A DNA stretch of 60,422 nucleotides, the filler included, from Sphacelaria rigidula (Eukaryota), in assembly GCA_964200075.2 (NCBI GenBank). It is 5 parts of 5 records of this genome, joined end to end, with 100 filler letters (N's around TTAATTAATTAA, not from the genome) between each part and the next. Parts side by side here need not be neighbours in the genome. Positions count along the whole stretch, not along the records: positions 48,420 to 60,422 come from CAXNAA020004244.1; 4 more parts are not named here. One strand, given 5' to 3'. Below are positions 57,250 to 60,422 of this stretch, one piece after another. The notes beneath the pieces are model-generated. The model was not told the origin of the DNA. It worked only from the letters and a program-made list of their open reading frames with translations, and searched no databases. How positions within the stretch are numbered: position 1 is the stretch's first letter; the number at the start of each line of letters is the position of its first letter. A program made the position numbers and the translations under genes.

Positions 57250-58620
57250 GTAAGGGCAAACGTGACAGGAAGTCGGCGTTTGCGTTTTGGGAACCTGTGC
57301 GGTACTTCAACGTGAAGCTGTAGGAAGACAGGATTTCAAACCAGCGTTGAACCCGGGCGTTGTGTTCCGCCATTTTGGCGAGGTTTTCCAAAGACTTATG
57401 ATGTGTACAAATCACAAACGGGAGGTCATACAAAATTGCCGGAGCCGGCGTACTCCCCAAACAACTGCATCTGCTTCTTGTTCCATAACGGACCAGTTCT
57501 GTTCGTTTGGGTAGGTGGTTCGGCTTATATATACAATGGAGCGAACACTAGCATCGTCTTGTTCCTGTTCCAGTGTGCAGCCAAACCCAATTTTCGAAGA
57601 ATCCGTGTGCAGTCGGAACGGACGGGAGCCATTTTCAGCAGCTGACCAGTCTGGAAAAATCGTAATTGGTGGCTTTGACACTATGTCGAGCTGCCCTCGT
57701 ACAATTTTTTCCATTGCCGACGTGAACACGAATTTCACCCCCTTCTTGAGGAGGGTGGTGAGAGGTTTTAGAGCTTGGGCTAAATTTGGCAGATATTGAC
57801 GGTAGTAACTCAAACCACCGAGTAAAGGGCGCAGTTGAGAGACATCACATGGGATGGGCATCTCTCTAAGTGCGGAAACTTTGTCGAGGTTGGGGCTACG
57901 ACCTTCCAGGCTGATACAATAGCCTAGGAACTGGATGCGCGTGGCTCCGATGCGGGATTTAGATGGGGCGAGCTTCAAATTGTGTTGTTCAAAACGAGTA
58001 AAGAAGGACGCCAAATGTTCGACGTGATCTGCAGGTGTACTGCCGTGAACCACCGCATCGTCGAGGTACATGCGGCATTTGGACAGTCCATCAATGACGC
58101 GAAACATCACACGTTGAAATGCTCCTTAGGGCGCCGGCGGCACCTTGTGGAGTGACCAGCCACCTGACGGGGTGCAAAACGCCGTCAGCTCGATAGAGTG
58201 CGGATCCATCACCAGTTGGTGGTAACCGGACTGCATGTCGAAGTTCGAAAAAACTTTGCCCCCGCCGAGGGAGTCGATGATTTCATCTATCCGGGGAAGA
58301 GGTAGACGTGCGATTTTGGTGACTGCGTTCAATCGTTGATAATTGACGGTCAGTCGGATCTTACCATTCTTCTTCCGGACGACTACCAAAGGCGAGGCCC
58401 ACGGAGACGTTGAGTGCCGCATTAACCCGGCGGACAAGTATTCGTCGAGAATGACTTGAATTTTACCCGCTAGAAGAGGGTTTGTACGGTACGGACGCAT
58501 GGCGATAGGTGTCGTACCATCAGGAATGTTGATTTTGAACGGTATAGTGTTGCAGCAGCCTAAATCTGTTGACGATTTGGAAAACCGTTCAGAGGATCGT
58601 ATCAGGATGGAGCGCAACCG
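57250..58620 (-). pseudogene. Gypsy reverse transcriptase and RNase H
   Basis: SPWASPLVVVRKKNGKIRLTVNYQRLN, PLPRIDE, DMQSGYHQ, TAFCTP, YLDD, FLGY, LHTDSS, EQEADAVVWG, THHKSL, NANADFLSR; frameshifts near 58125-58165 and 57430. Confidence 0.95.
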
Positions 58621-59266
58621 ATCAATTACCGTGGGTGTCCAACCCTCACCAGATAAATCAAACGCAATGTGTCTCAAATGGGGGGGAAGTTCATCCCATA
58701 ATCGTTGAAAACTAACACGTTGCTCTGGCGAGAATGTATCTAGTGAGGCAGTCGGAGGGTTTGTGTCAGGCGTACCAGTCGATTCGTCTACAACCATGGG
58801 ATCAGTCTTGTCGAACGAAGTGGAACCGTTTGTCTCAGAGCTGTCTGATGATGTTTGCGGTGGCACCTTCAGACATACATTCGACAAGGCTGCCCGTAGG
58901 AGGGCGCTTGAGCAAATCCCAACAACTGACCAGGGAGGAAATCGAGACATGCAGAGGACGTGAGGGGAGTGGATTACCGACCTTCATGGACAAATACATC
59001 GGTCTGATCAAAGGGGGGAATACTGTCTGGGGTTCGGTTGGGATTGGTTAAGTCGACCAAGTCCTGTCCAGTGAGGGAGGGGGATCCGTTCCGTCTCACA
59101 AGATTCACATGGATGTGTTGAGGTTCACGAGACAGAGAGACGACGTGGTCTCCAACATAATACAGTCGAAAAGCATCACCTGTTTGTGTTGGGTCATCGA
59201 CATAGGCCTGAGCCCCTGGATCAGCGTCGTGATGTCCCAATTTTAATCTGCCTGCCAGAGGTCGGT

Positions 59267-59722
59267 TCAAAACAGGTGAGTTCGTCGTGTATGTATGTGA
59301 AAAAAATGTAGCCAGCTACCACGTCCCAAGAGAACATCAGCCGACATGGAACCATCGGACACAATGAGTGCCCACACAGCTAATCGTGCATTGGGACCCG
59401 TGTCATCGAAGAACTGCACACTGAGTCGTACTGATTGATCAACCGTAAGGGGAGTGGAGGCACCAAACCCGCCAAAAACACGAGGCGGAACAGTAGAAAG
59501 GCAATGTTTGTCTGCTGCTCCAGCGTTCATCATGTGTTGCCAGCAGCTGGCTGTGATGAAAGTTTGTGGCGAGCCAGTGTCGGGCAGTGCAACGGCCATC
59601 AAAGGGCGTGTTGCATGCACTCCACTATGTATACCTATTCGGGTTGTGAAGGAGGTGTCATCCATGAGTGCAATTCCACTTACCAAGTCTGGTCCGTATT
59701 CCGACGAGTGATCTGCAGCCAC
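59267..59722 (-). pseudogene. Gypsy aspartic protease
   Basis: ALPDTGSPQTFI active-site motif and DVLLGRGSW flap-end motif. Confidence 0.85.
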
Positions 59723-60422
59723 ATCGCTCTTGTGTTGTTGGGCAATGGTAATAAAATAGGCTCGAGATTGATCCTCCGGAACGAATTGTTTTTTCCGAAG
59801 GGCCGTCGTGTCACGGGGGGTTTCGCAGAGCGTGTGGTGCAGCAGACGAAAGTTGGATTTCGTACACAGTCAGGGATGGACGACGCCTAGGAAAGGAAGT
59901 GGATGTGGATGTTTGCAATAATTGTTTGGAGCTATGAGAAACAGGGGAGAAACAGTCCTGATCGGACTGCGATTTGGACGGCACAGCCGGGGTTTGTCCG
60001 GCACCATGAGACATACATGCAGGGCGTAGCGGTTTTACTGTCCCAACAGGTGTCAACGCTACTTTATTCTTCAACATAGATTCCGAGGGGTCGGCAGGAA
60101 GCGGTGCTGATCTGTTCCGGATCTGGGAAACACCGACCTGTCCTACGACAAGGCCTTCATCCGCTGTGCCCGGTGCCCGGGCACCTTCTTGGTGGGCGGA
60201 TGCAGCGGCAACTACAGGTTTATTTACAATGTCATCCGGAAAAGCCTTCTCCTGGTGTCGCGTATAGCACACTCTAGAGTCGGCTGTTCCGGGGGCTTTT
60301 GGGAAGTTGGCAAGGTCAGTCCGTTCGTGGCTACACGCGTGGCGCTTGGTCGGCACTGTCGCTTGGGGTTCCTTCCCAACCCGCTGAGCTACGGAAAGCA
60401 AGGGTTCGGCACTGGCGCGCGT

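Larger units (their letters stand above)
51793..60422 (-). mobile_element. Decayed Ty3/gypsy (chromovirus-type) LTR retrotransposon, 5' part beyond the contig end
   Basis: PR-RT-RH-IN-chromodomain order on the minus strand, broken by stops and frameshifts; candidate 3' LTR at 51793-52179. Confidence 0.9.

Overview
This is repeat-rich eukaryotic nuclear DNA. A brown alga (Phaeophyceae) is my inference from the ~50% GC, poly-G/GT tracts, long introns and transposon spectrum. The window is not one locus. It is five unlinked ~12.0 kb contigs (1-12006, 12107-24112, 24213-36216, 36317-48319, 48420-60422) joined by artificial N44-TTAATTAATTAA-N44 spacers. Contig 1 carries a multi-exon gene for a large low-complexity/coiled-coil protein with a SAM domain and a possible degenerate RING-type tail. 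Contig 2 carries a single purF (amidophosphoribosyltransferase) exon and a decayed Ty1/copia element whose gag region forms a ~460 bp palindrome. Contig 3 has the first exon of an unknown gene, long foldback repeats and a hAT-like non-autonomous element. Contig 4 has a decayed tyrosine-recombinase (DIRS/Ngaro-like) retroelement and a cluster of piggyBac-like MITEs. Contig 5 has head-to-head RTE-like LINE fragments and a decayed Ty3/gypsy element whose integrase ends in a chromodomain followed in frame by a second, Tudor/Agenet-like domain; this is the most interesting signal. Two tRNA-derived SINE families and other short dispersed repeats recur across contigs. All similarity statements are by eye; no searches were run.
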